Assembly (NCBI GenBank): GCA_964016885.1
Contig: OZ024743.1
Coordinates: 108,624,001-108,688,000, forward strand
Source of the DNA: Eledone cirrhosa
Taxonomy: Eukaryota
DNA: 64,000 nucleotides
Direction: 5' to 3'
This document shows, in pieces, positions 1-12,048 of this stretch. Below the pieces are notes generated by a model, which saw only the letters and a program-made list of their open reading frames with translations, did no database searches and was not told where the DNA came from. Position 1 is the stretch's first letter. Each line of letters starts with the position of its first letter. Both the position numbers and the translations under genes were made by a program.

Positions 1-245
1 AAGAAATCAGGTTGTTGTTGATGTTATTGAGAGAGAGAAATACAGTGAGAGAGAAAGAGAGAGACAGAGAGAGCGGGTGTTTAAAAGATAGATAAGCAGA
101 GCTGCTGTCACCGTACTAAGAGCTTTGAGTGAAAACGCGGGAATTTTAAGTGCATGTATGTCAATATGTGTGGAAAAACCATGTGTGTGCGTGTGTGTGT
201 ATTAAAAAAACGCAGGCTACAACTAATAATAATGATAATAATAAG

Positions 246-1030
246 AATGTTTTATTAACCACAAAGGGTTTACAAAATAAAATCATTAAGGAGAACATAG
301 GGCACTAAAGGACGGTAAAAATATGCGTTTCTGCTTGTAAAAAAAAAATGAAAAACAAGAACTAAAGATATAAAAAAAAAAAGAAAGGAATAATCTCCAA
401 TAGGGTGGAGACCACAATAATTTATTTACTGCTAGTGGGGATTTACAATAAAATCGAGTAAAAAATATTTAACAAATATCAATAAACAAAAGAATTACAA
501 AGAAGAAATGTATCCAATAGGGGAGGGGGAACATCCCAAGTGTGACCCAGGAATATCCCCCAATACTGAACCATCGGACACTCTTAGAGCACGTGAGGAA
601 GGCGCAACTCACATATCCAAAAAAGCCAGCTTACATGTGTACGGTTAGAGTACGCCCATTCACATGGGACATCCTCGCATCATTGACCCTCTTTTAGCAA
701 ATATACTGGGGAGTAGCACTTCTCTCATCACCCGCACATTCCTTTCTAAATGAAACTTGAAAAAGTTAATGAGAGATTAGCTGAAGAGAAACTGTTTGTT
801 TTCAGTCCTTTCAGCCTCATCCGCCATCCAACATCTTTCGCTCCAGCCACTAGAAAAAATGACAACTGCCAGCCCTTCCTGGCCAAATGGACTCAGCCGA
901 TAGCCGGATGCGTCACGTACATGATAACACATAATCGACATAACTCCACAAGTCAGTAATGCACGGACACTGGACGAGTGCATGCAAAACGGTTTCGTCC
1001 CTTTGCTTGAATTTCGGACAGGTCGGTGCC
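246..1030 (-). mobile_element. 3' end of a decayed Tx1/L1-clade LINE (ORF2 C-terminus plus 3' UTR)
   Basis: Minus-strand translation near 960-1025 gives TCPKFKQRDETVLHALVQCP, a degenerate Cx2C...ETxxH...C motif typical of L1/Tx1 ORF2 ends, then WRMRLKGLKTNSF near 800-830. It ends in an aataaa-type tail near 250 that resembles the tails at 26870 and 36497. Confidence 0.65.
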
Positions 1031-1096
1031 TGTATAGTTTATCTCAAACCAGCAGCACCCCACAGTAGAACTGTCAAGCGAGGTATTATATATATA

Positions 1097-1152
1097 TACT
1101 CTTTTACCTGTTCCAGCAATCCGACTGACGCCATGCTGGAGCACCACCCTTG
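1097..1152 (-). mobile_element. SINE 3' tail fragment
   Basis: Minus strand reads ggtggtgctccagcatggcgtcagtc...aacaggtaaaagag, recognised from memory as an abundant octopus SINE 3' tail. Not checked against a database. Confidence 0.5.
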
Positions 1153-1156
1153 TTAA

Positions 1157-1276
1157 ATGCTTACAGCACCTAGGTTTCCAAAGTGGTCACCCATCTAACT
1201 ACTAACTAGACTCGAAGATGGTAAACTTCGGTGATCGGATGAGAACCGCTGTTTTCAGCGTGATATGGTCGTATAG
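1157..1276 (-). pseudogene. 5S rRNA-derived copy (diverged, probably a pseudogene)
   Basis: Reverse complement TATACGACCATATCACGCTGAAAACAGCGGTTCTCATCCGATCACCGAAGTTTACC...TAGATGGGTGACCACTTTGGAAACCTAGGTGCTGTAAGCAT follows the metazoan 5S sequence colinearly over ~120 nt. Box A and box C carry substitutions, and only TTT (no T4 terminator) follows. Confidence 0.88.
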
Positions 1277-1362
1277 AAGTTAACCTCGGCGACCTTTGAA
1301 CTCACAGCGCCGAAAGCCGGAACGTATACCGCAAATTATTCTATCCAACGTTCTAACGTCTA
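1277..1362 (-). mobile_element. tRNA-derived SINE head fragment abutting the 5S copy
   Basis: Minus strand ...tgagttcaaaggtcgccgaggttaacttc matches the B-box segment tgagttcaaatcccgccgaggttaacttt of the SINE repeated throughout the window. Confidence 0.65.
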
Positions 1363-2197
1363 TACGCTAATTCAGACTGATAAATTACTTTGATAGCATA
1401 GTCTGCCCTGTGTATGTCCGTGTGGTTGTGGGAAGAATCAAACGATAGTGATGATTCCCTTGTTTTATAGATATCCAGCTTTCTGGAGAAATATTTATAA
1501 ACTGAGATCTAGCTCAACTATTTTAGAGATAAAGTTTAATAAAATGAAGAAATAGAGAAGTCAAAGCTGTTTTGTTTGGTGGGTCTTCATGACTAAAATG
1601 TAATTCAAAACCTACCTACATCAGTGGCCTTCCAACATGTCAAAATCTATTACAACAATCGTTGCAAAACAAAAAAATCAAAACAATGTACATATTGCCG
1701 GTAGATTTGGATTTTCCTTTTGCTTGGCGTGAATGATTCAAGACCTTTTCTTTTTTACTCTCAGTTATTGTTTGCCAAAATAAACACAAGCACACGCCGA
1801 CACCTTAGAAAAACACACACATAAACATCCTTTCGGTTAAATATAAACACATACACACATATATTCACGCACTCACATACTCCAAAACGCATTCAGTATG
1901 CTCATATACACCGAAGAATACGTAAATAATATATAAACACTTCAAAAATTATTATATTCGACTTGTCTTGCCGTTTCAATTTTCAGTTTTCTTTCCGCTT
2001 TTCTTTTCTTTTTCTTCGTGAGAACGTTAATGTCCTTTCTTAATTTTTCATATTTCAGTATATACATTCACACACACATCGACAAGCACCCGCGTGCACA
2101 CACACACACACATACACACACACACACACATACATACACTCACTCACACACACACATACACCTCCTCTATGTATACATATATATATATATACATGTA

Positions 2198-2232
<35 letters not shown>

Positions 2233-2657
2233 GTGTGTGTGTATATATATATATACGTGTGTGTGTGTATATGGGAAAAGAGAGAGAGAGAGAGAGAACG
2301 TGTGGGAGCGAAAGAAGTCGAGTGACAGATAGCGACATCGTATCAGTTTTATCTGAGTTAAAATTGTATTTTGAAGTTGATACTGTATCGCACTAAATAC
2401 TCGTTTGCAAACGTGTGGTCTTTCTATTTTATCTTTCAATTTTAAATAGCTATTTTTATTTATCGTCTTTTTTATATTCCCTCCAGTCTTTGATGTGATT
2501 TTGAAAGCTACGCAAGATTCACAGTGTATTACGCACATACGTACAGGCACGCTCAAAACAAACACACACATACAGACACTGACACACAAACACACACATA
2601 CATATATATATATGTGTATGTGTGTATATAAATATATATAAATATATATATATAAAT

Positions 2658-2688
<31 letters not shown>

Positions 2689-2693
2689 TATAC

Positions 2694-2764
<71 letters not shown>

Positions 2765-3833
2765 CATGTATATATACAAACATATATGACAACATGATCA
2801 CTCTTTATTGTAAAAATGAAAATTAAAGAGCCATATACATCTGACATTAGACACAACTCCCGGACACGCCATCTTATCCGAAAGCTTCAGAAATAAATCT
2901 ATAGGATGTATAAGCCTGTTCAACTGTCAACATGAGCTATGAGTTTTTTCCTTCTATAAATATGTATGATGTTTGTATATTTACTTCATCATATGCACCG
3001 TAGTTATAGAAAAAATTACTCTTTATATATAATTTTGGAATAGGGCTTATTTTAAGGAAATGTTTAAAATGCACAAATTATGTGACATGACCCGGTGCTT
3101 CATAATCTCTTAGAAGCATTTGCCAAGACTATTTTAAACATTCTATAACTACTTTTACACAAAGCATATTTTACCTTATATATAAACTCACTGTACGCCG
3201 AGAACTACTCAAGTTGGATGGCATTTGATTCTACCAGGTGGCACAATGGGTAATTTCCATTTCAATATTTAAATAGTGTATTTTAATAATTAAAAAAAAA
3301 GTTAAAATCATTTTCATATTGATATATCAAATTCCTACCATGGAAATTACTTCGTATGACACCCAGCCATTTTTAGTATCGGAGTGTCAATCTATTTTTA
3401 GGAAAATACTCCAGTGAAATCACGCAGATATCTGATTCTAATGGTCTAATTTTTTTTTTCTTTTGGTCAAATATTGTTAATCTTTTGTTTCCGGAGTATC
3501 TAAGGCTCGAATACGTAAACAATCAAATGAGAGATGTCCCGCGACCGTCACTCGCAATCGAATATGACATGGTGGCAGGTAACATGCTTTCACTAAGTGT
3601 TTTAGAGACCAATGCATTTCTCGACTGTCGCTTCCGTGAGTCATTCTGGAATGAGAAAGGGAGCTGCACCAACACTATAGAGTATTTTCTTTATTTACAT
3701 CGAAAGAATGAAAGTTAAAGTGGATTTCCGCGGGATGTGAACCCAGAACTCAGATACTTAGTACAAATATCGAATGCATGACAGCTTCTAGTAATTATTA
3801 TTGTTTTTTTAAAATTATTAGTAATGGATTGTA

Positions 3834-4058
3834 GTGTGGTGGATTGGTCAGAATTGGTAGAGCGTCAGACACCATGCTCTGTAGCGTAATGTTACGGCCC
3901 TTTACGGTCTGAGTTCAAATCCCGCCGAGGTTAGCTTTGCCTTTCATCCTTACGGGGCCGAGAAAATAGAGTACCAATAATGCACTATGGTCGATTTAAT
4001 TGACTTTCCTCTCCCCCAAAATTACTGGCATTTTGCCTATAGTAGAAGTCATTATTTC
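3834..4058 (+). mobile_element. tRNA-derived SINE, long variant, first of a tandem pair
   Basis: A-box-like tggtcagaattgg, B-box gagttcaaatcc, central gcctttcatccttacgggg...gtacca and tail gcctatagtagaa, shared with more than 10 copies in the window. Confidence 0.85.
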
Positions 4059-4070
4059 TAATGGATTGTA

Positions 4071-4261
4071 GTGTGGTGGATTGGCAGAATTGTAGATGTA
4101 TGGCCCTGTACGTCCTTAGTTCAAATCCTGCCGAGGTTAGCTTTACCTTTCATCTTTACGGGATCAATAAAATAAAGTACCAGTAATGCACTGTGTTAAT
4201 AATCGACTTTCCCCTCTCCCAAAATTTCTGGCCTTGTGCCTATAGTAGAAATCATTTTTTG
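4071..4261 (+). mobile_element. tRNA-derived SINE, long variant, second of a tandem pair
   Basis: Same consensus as 3834-4058 with an internal deletion in the head. Flanked by the same taatggattgta motif. Confidence 0.85.
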
Positions 4262-4393
4262 TAATGGATTGTAAAAAATATTAGAGCCCCAAATATAGTT
4301 GCATTTAATTACTAACATTCCATTCTGGATTCATTTTTACCAAAGACGACTTCCATTCTCATTGAATTGATGGTGAGACAAGGATCAAAATAA

Positions 4394-4572
4394 TTGTTTC
4401 TTCCTTTGGCACAAGGCCAGCAATTACGCAGTACATTACTGGTACTTGATTGTATCGACCCCGTAAAGATGAAAGACAAAGTTAACCTCGACGGGATTTG
4501 AACTCAGAATGGCAAGGGCCGTAACTCTATGCGTCAAAGCATGGCCTCCAACCCTCTACCGATACTACCAAC
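4394..4572 (-). mobile_element. tRNA-derived SINE, short variant
   Basis: Reverse complement of the SINE consensus. Direct repeat caaaataat at 4386-4394 and 4573-4581 is the likely TSD. Confidence 0.85.
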
Positions 4573-4919
4573 AAAATAATGCTATAGAATGAGGCCACTA
4601 AGTCGCTTCTTATTAAACGTATTCCCTGCGACAAATGTAACAAATCTATAACAGATTTGTTCGCGATTTGGTGTGAAGAGAGACAGATAGATTTATAGAT
4701 AGCTAGATAGACAGATAGAGTAAATGCGTGTGTGTGTGTGTGAGAGAGAGAGAGAAATAGAGAGATAGAGAGATAGAGACTGCTAAATTCAGTTACGTCC
4801 CTTTATATTAAAGCATCTGGTCCCAATTTTGCCTTTCATAATTTCGGAGGAGTACCAGTAAAATATTATGGGTGGTACGATCCTATTTTCTTTCAATAGA
4901 AATTTCTGGCTTGCTACTA

Positions 4920-5079
4920 TCTTCTTCTTCTTCTTCTTCTGCTTCTTCTTCTTCTTTTTCCTTTTCTTCTTCTTCTTCTTCTTCTTCTTCTTCTTCTTCT
5001 TCTTCTTCTTCTTCTTCTCCTTCTTCTTCTTCTTCTTCTTCTTCTTCTTCTTCTTCTTCTTCTTCTTCTTCTTCTTCTT
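4920..5079. repeat. (TTC)n microsatellite
   Basis: Direct inspection. Confidence 0.97.
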
Positions 5080-5420
5080 TGGATTGGCAGTATCGGAAGA
5101 GGGTTGGACGCCATACTTTGCAGTAAAGTGTTACGGTCCTTTATGGTCTAAGTTCAAATCCCGCCGAGGTTAACTTTGCCTTTCATCCTTATGGGGTCGA
5201 TAAAATAAAGTACCAGTCACGCACTGGGTTCAATTTAATCGACTTTCCCCTCCCCCGAAATTAATGGCCTTGTGCCTATATAAGAAACCATTGGCGCATA
5301 GAGTTACGGCCCTTGCCATTCTGAGTTCAAATCCTGCAGAGGTTAACTTTGCCTTTCATCAAAGTACCAGTAATACACTGAGATAAGTGCTGGCCTTGTG
5401 CCAAAAGTAGAAACAATTAT
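5080..5420 (+). mobile_element. Two head-to-tail tRNA-derived SINE copies (5080-5290 long variant; ~5295-5420 truncated and deleted)
   Basis: Two gttcaaatcc B-boxes and two ggccttgtgcc...gaaac tails. Confidence 0.85.
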
Positions 5421-5428
5421 TAGTATTA

Positions 5429-6081
5429 TTCTTTGAGTCTCAGTCATTGATGTTATTTAACTGGAAAGTTTGATGAAATGAATATCAAGCCGTTACTTGC
5501 AGCCTCAGACATTCAGGACGTATCGAAGGGTTATTGCTGTTCCCAGCAAGCATGCCTTTTGAAGTGTTCGAAAAAGCTGGGCTGGACTAATCTTCTTTAA
5601 CCATCCTTGGAAACTCTTTGAGATAGTACCTAGTCCGCCTATGACAATCAGGACGACCTTGACTTCATGGCAGTACCAAATGCTTTTTAACTCCCACTTT
5701 AAGTCCTGGTATCGGTTAATTTTCTCCCCCTCCTTTTCTTGTACTCTCGTGTCAAATAGGCAGGCTACATCTACAATAAGGCACAATCTTTTTTCCTTGT
5801 CCAAAACCACCAGGTCAGGCCTATGGTGTTTCACCCACTTCGTTCTGTGGGCCTGCTCTTGCGCAGCCATTAGCATTCCTTCTGTAGTCTTTTTAAGGTC
5901 TCTTTTTAACCAGTTCCATGTCTGTGGATCTCTAAATTCAGTTTTCTTAAATAAGGTACTTTGAAGGGACTTTTCATGAAGGTTGCTCTTCCTCCTTGTT
6001 ATTTCCTCCTTGGACATCTCCTGGTCTATTGTCTTCTCTTTCAGTACAATTTTGAGCATTGGCTCGCTACTGTCAGTCACA

Positions 6082-6082
<1 letters not shown>
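5429..6082 (-). mobile_element. 5'-truncated R4/Dong-like non-LTR element (RLE endonuclease C-terminus) with the zinc-finger segment internally deleted
   Basis: ORF 5505..6080 contains RPDLVVLDKEKRLCLIVDVAC...EKEGEKINRYQDL, the PD-(D/E)xK restriction-like endonuclease motif, and LMAAQEQA. Compared with 23922-24831 it lacks the CRIC...H...C segment. Flanked by (TAA)n. Confidence 0.85.
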
Positions 6083-6138
<56 letters not shown>

Positions 6139-6155
6139 GATTATTATTATTATTC

Positions 6156-6587
6156 TTCTTTGAGTCTCAGTCATTGATGTTATTTAACTGGAAAGTTTGT
6201 TGAAATGAATATCAAGCCACTACCTGCAGATATTCAGGACGTATCGGAGGGTTCTTGCTGTTCCCAGCAAGCATGCCTTTTGAAGTGTTCCAAAAAGCGA
6301 GGCGGGACCAATTTTCTTTTTTATCATCCTTGAAAACTCTTTGAGATAGTACCTAGTGCGCCTATGACAATAGGGACCACTTTGACCTCATGGCTGTTCC
6401 AAATCCTTTTTACCTCCCACTTTAAGTCCTGGTATCGGTTAATTTTCTCTCATCTCCTTTTCTTGCACTCTCGTGTCGAATGGGCAGGTTACATCCACAA
6501 TCAGGCACGATTTTTTCCCTTGCCCAAAACCACAAAGTCAGGTCTATTGTGTTCCAGTTTCTTGTCCGTCTGTATCCTAAAATCCCA

Positions 6588-6589
<2 letters not shown>
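6156..6589 (-). mobile_element. Second 5'-truncated copy of the same R4/Dong-like family
   Basis: Same 3' end (ttctttgagtctcagtcattgatg on +) and WDFRIQTDKKLEHNRPD coding remnant. Embedded between (TAA)n tracts at 6083-6153 and 6590-6700. Confidence 0.85.
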
Positions 6590-6638
<49 letters not shown>

Positions 6639-6909
6639 CATCATCATCATCATCATCACTATGATTATTATGATTATTATTATTATTAGTATTATTATTG
6701 CCTAGCAATTAACAATTGCAGATAAGGTTTATCAGATTGTGGTAGTAATTGTGACTTTTAATTATAGATTATAGATTACGTATTCGGTAACAATGTCCTG
6801 ATAATGTTTTCAACTTGGTGACTTATCGATAGATTCTTTATCAAATTTATCTGATTTCCTTTTAATACAGCAGTCTATATAGGCACTAGAACGCACGCAG
6901 ATATACATT

Positions 6910-7071
<162 letters not shown>

Positions 7072-7440
7072 CTCCATACAACAACAAATAGTGTTTTATT
7101 GTTGAGGCAAAATGCTAACTATTTTGGGGAAGGGAGAAGTCGATTAAATCAATACCCGTGCGTCAATTGTACTTTATTTTATCGACCCCGATATAGATAG
7201 ATATATAGATTCTTCTTTTTGGGCAAATGCATTCGATGCTCAGAGAGTTGGATTGGCCTCGTGTGCAAAGGCTCTCCTCACTAACAAAAGCTTGAAGCAC
7301 AAGCACCATTTCATATGTGATATTGTTTGCGATGCATGGTATTGCTCTCCATAGGTAGGTCTCGTGCAACTCTAAAAAGCTACATCCATCATTCTCACGC
7401 TTATGTAACAAGCGGCATTATTAGGAATCGTGTTGCAGCA

Positions 7441-7489
<49 letters not shown>

Positions 7490-7848
7490 AAGTATGCATG
7501 TATGTATACGTACATACATATTTGTATACAGACGTACAGTCGTATGTATATATATACATACATGCACACATATATATATATATATGCACGTATCGGTTTA
7601 CCGAACATTTATTATAATGTTCGGTTTGTTTGTAAACAAACAAACACCCCGAATTACGCCGTACAGTGTTTAGGCAACCACGTCACCTTTTTGTTCAACA
7701 CTGACACAGGAACGATGTACGAGTTTCAAGCTTATTATATATCGTCAGCATCTTATACCTTCCTGCCAGATAGTTGAATATTTGAAAGTATATACTTTTA
7801 AGTAATTGCCGAACTAAGAGTGAGAAATGAAATTTCGTTTCATCCTAT

Positions 7849-7903
<55 letters not shown>

Positions 7904-8288
7904 GCATAATCACAGGCGATGTAAGTAAAAATTGAGAATTTTTGTTTATACACCAAAAATTATGTCCATAGTGTCAATGTGTTGATGAATATACAATTCA
8001 AGAAAGAAATATTAATACAATACAGAGAATGAAATGTTATACAAAGTTACAAGTACATATTCCAAAAATATATTTATCTCTGTCTCCTATACTCTAGGCC
8101 TACATCTAAATATATCTCTCCTTATTTTGCCTCTCTCCTTCTCACACTCTCTTTGACTCCGTTATGCGCCATTCATCTTTTATACGTCTGCATCTTTATA
8201 TATACACACATATATATATATACACATTATTCAGACAGAGGGATACAGATAGATAGCTATATAGAGAGAGTTAGTTGCATGCAGTTGC

Positions 8289-8323
<35 letters not shown>

Positions 8324-8355
8324 CTTACACACACACACACACACACAAAATAATA

Positions 8356-8540
8356 ATTGTTTCTACTTTAGGCACAAGGCCATCAATTATCCAATGCATT
8401 ACTGGTACTTTATTTTATCGACCCCATAAGGATGAAAGGCAAAGTCAACCTCGGCGGGATTTGAACTCAGATAGTAAAGGGACGTAACTATGCTGGAAAG
8501 CATGGCGTCCGACCCTCTAGCGATACTGCCAATCCACCGC
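8356..8540 (-). mobile_element. tRNA-derived SINE, short variant
   Basis: Near-identical to 43918-44097. aaaataataat on both flanks. Confidence 0.87.
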
Positions 8541-8817
8541 CCTCTGCAAATAAAATAATAATGGAGATAGAACGCGTTAGTAGAATTTTCGTGCGTGCGT
8601 GTCTGATTTGATTTACAGACGAACGCTGGTTCATAACTCAATTAATGACAAATAAATATATCTACATAGATATCGCATAGATCTCAATTTTCTCTTAACA
8701 AGCGGTTTATTCGTTCAATATATAATACACACACAGACACACACACAAACACACACATATATATGTGGATAGACAGAGTGTGAGATATATATAATATATA
8801 TATCAACATATATACAT

Positions 8818-8887
<70 letters not shown>

Positions 8888-9299
8888 ATATATATGTACA
8901 AACGAAGTGAGAGATATACATATTATATATCAACACATATATCATTGTAATTGTATTGTGTATTTTTATACATACATATATATGCATATGGTTTTGTTTT
9001 TCTTAGAGTGATTTTACTTTCTTTTCCAACGTTTTCTTCGATTAGTTAGACAATTTATTTTCTGTATATTTGAGTTTGGATGAAACGACATGTGGAAGAC
9101 TTTTAGTACAATCCAAGAAGAGAGTAACAACCTCACTAATTTGTTTTTATCTAGGTTTATATATATGTCTCTTTCTCTATAATGGTGCTTTATATTTATT
9201 TTATCACTTTTTGCTTCATATATATTATTTAATTTTATATTCATATATATTTTGAAATATTTCCTTTTCTTCTGTCCATTGATTTATATAAACTTTCAT

Positions 9300-9301
9300 T
9301 G

Positions 9302-9334
<33 letters not shown>

Positions 9335-9365
9335 GATATTTGTGTGTGTGTATATATACATACAT

Positions 9366-9406
<41 letters not shown>

Positions 9407-9414
9407 CACACACG

Positions 9415-9504
<90 letters not shown>

Positions 9505-9520
9505 AATATATATATATATG

Positions 9521-9588
<68 letters not shown>

Positions 9589-9616
9589 TATATATATATG
9601 AATATATATATATATA

Positions 9617-9701
<85 letters not shown>

Positions 9702-9765
9702 GATAAATAAAACGAACAAAACACAGGAACAGATTTCATTTGGTGTTTCGGACGGAAGTTCTATA

Positions 9766-9851
<86 letters not shown>
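9300..9851. repeat. Long compound (TA)n/(CA)n microsatellite block
   Basis: Direct inspection. Confidence 0.95.
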
Positions 9852-9854
<3 letters not shown>

Positions 9855-10469
9855 GCATTAAACTTGAGACTAATGTACCTCTTCCTTCGTTTATTCCCAC
9901 TACGTAAATTTCTCTTTTCTCATTTTGTAACATATTCATACTTTTCTTTGGGTTATTTTCTATTGTTTTTATAGCTTTTTCCCTCTCTTCTCCTACACTT
10001 TGTTACTAAGCCATGCCTCGTTCTAGTCTGTTATCCTTTCTTTATTTTAGTCATTCACATTTATTGTTTCATAACAAAAGCAATATCGACAACGAGCAAT
10101 AATTATAAACAGCCAACTTAGTAGCCAGAATATTTCATTGTAACTTAGCATTAACATTAACGTTGCGAATATTTGTGAACAAAAAAATACGTTCTTGACT
10201 TGTGATATTTTCGTTGCTAGGTGATATACCTATGCTATTGACTACTTACTTTCAAAATAACCTATCCAAATGTCGTTTGCCCAATAGGTCTGTATATTTA
10301 TATGAATAAATGTTTGTCTGTATATTTGTATGTATATATATATGTGTATGTATGAATGTATATATGTATATATGTATATTTGTATATATGTATGTAGCCT
10401 TTGTCAAGGCAGAATTCTAGGAGAAGGAAAACTCTGATATAACACCTGCAACCCTGATGGTATCCAATG

Positions 10470-11140
10470 ATGTTGACTTGTTCTTCTTTTTGGTAAATAT
10501 CATCTTGGTTAAGAGAGTGGGACTGGCTTTGTGCAGTGCCTTTGCTCACTATAAAAGCTCCACGGCACAGGCATTGCTTTATATCTGGAGATCTCTCTGC
10601 ACTTGTCGTCACATGGTACCATGGGCCCAGCACTGTGTCAATAATTGTCACAAGTGTAGTGTTTGTACCAGAGTTTTCAAGTCGCTGGCTGGACTAAAAA
10701 GTCACACTAGTTCAGCGCATCGGTTGGGGTTCTCCTACATGGATATAAAGTAGTAGCCGTACTCGAAAACGAGTTGGCAGCCACCATGTATGTATGTATG
10801 CATGTATGTAGGTATGTTGACTTGTTCTTCTTTTTAGTAAATATCATCTTGGTTAGGAGAGTGGGACTGGCTTTGCGCAATGCCTTTGCTCACTATAAAA
10901 GCTTCACGGCACAGGCATTGCTTTATATCTGGATTATCTCTCTGCACTTGTCGTCACATGGTACCATGGGACCAGCACTATGTGTCAATTATTGTCACAA
11001 GTGTAGTGTTTGTACCAGAGTTTTCAAGTCGCTGGCTGGAATAAAAAGTCACACTCGTTCAGCGCATTGGTAGGGGTTCTCCTACATGGATATAAAGTAG
11101 TGGCCGTACTCGAAAACGAGTTGGCAGCCACCATGTAGGT
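10470..11140 (+). mobile_element. Two tandem copies (10470-10790, 10814-11138) of a LINE-type 3' end with a C2H2 finger and (TATG)n tail
   Basis: Near-identical ~320-bp units, each encoding HKCSVCTRVFKSLAGxKSHTxSAH and ending gtactcgaaaacgagttggcagccaccatgta(tgta)n. RTE-like assignment is inference. Confidence 0.6.
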
Positions 11141-11404
11141 ATGTATATATATATATATATGTGTGTGTATTCTACAATAGCCTTCATTCATCGTATAGTT
11201 TTCTATATGTAAAATATCGTTAAGATACTTAGGCTTCCGTGTTTTCGCGAGCAGACGCAGTTGCTATATTGGTCTTCCTAGCTGTGTAGTGGTACATCGA
11301 AATGTGATAACTGAAAAGAAAGATGGCTGCTCCGGCATTTGGTTGAAACTTTTTTATATCGACCCCTAAAGGATAGCAAAGAAATCAGTACTCCAAATGG
11401 AACG

Positions 11405-11584
<180 letters not shown>

Positions 11585-11603
11585 GTATATATATATATAT
11601 ATA

Positions 11604-11820
11604 TATAACAGAGAAAATACAGTTAAGCATTAACAGAAGGATTTTATCCAGGTATTTACGACCGTTTCATTGGTAAGTGCAACCTTATATTACTATACTA
11701 CAAATAGCAGCCACTCAATTATAATTGTTGTTCACGTCCAAATTTTCAAGATATTGAAATGGTCGTAAATACCTGGATAAAATCCTTCTCTTAATGCTTA
11801 CCTGTGTTTTCTCTGTTATA
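11604..11820. repeat. Inverted repeat (arms 11604-11669 and 11755-11820), probable Penelope-type pseudo-LTR ends
   Basis: Arms are reverse complements with a few mismatches. The inner end of the left arm reads gaaacggtcgta on the minus strand, a minimal hammerhead 3' half. Flanked by (TA)n. Confidence 0.7.
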
Positions 11821-11950
11821 CTTTATGCTCCAAGATTGAACGGAATTCTTACAAACTGTTGATAGTTACCTCTAACCGTACGTTGAAACCGTCCACGAAA
11901 CTGGCTTTCTTAACCACGAACTGGATCACAATAAGCAATTTTCTGCTTCC

Positions 11951-12048
<98 letters not shown>

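Noticed and set aside
3485-3585. Possible upstream exon ending GCAG|gtaaca in phase 1, compatible with exon A
   Set aside because: Weak acceptor and donor, and the peptide has no Cys pattern like the other exons. Cannot be supported without RNA data.
3840-3930. tRNA gene suggested by A/B boxes
   Set aside because: The boxes belong to the multi-copy SINE head, with no cloverleaf or acceptor stem.
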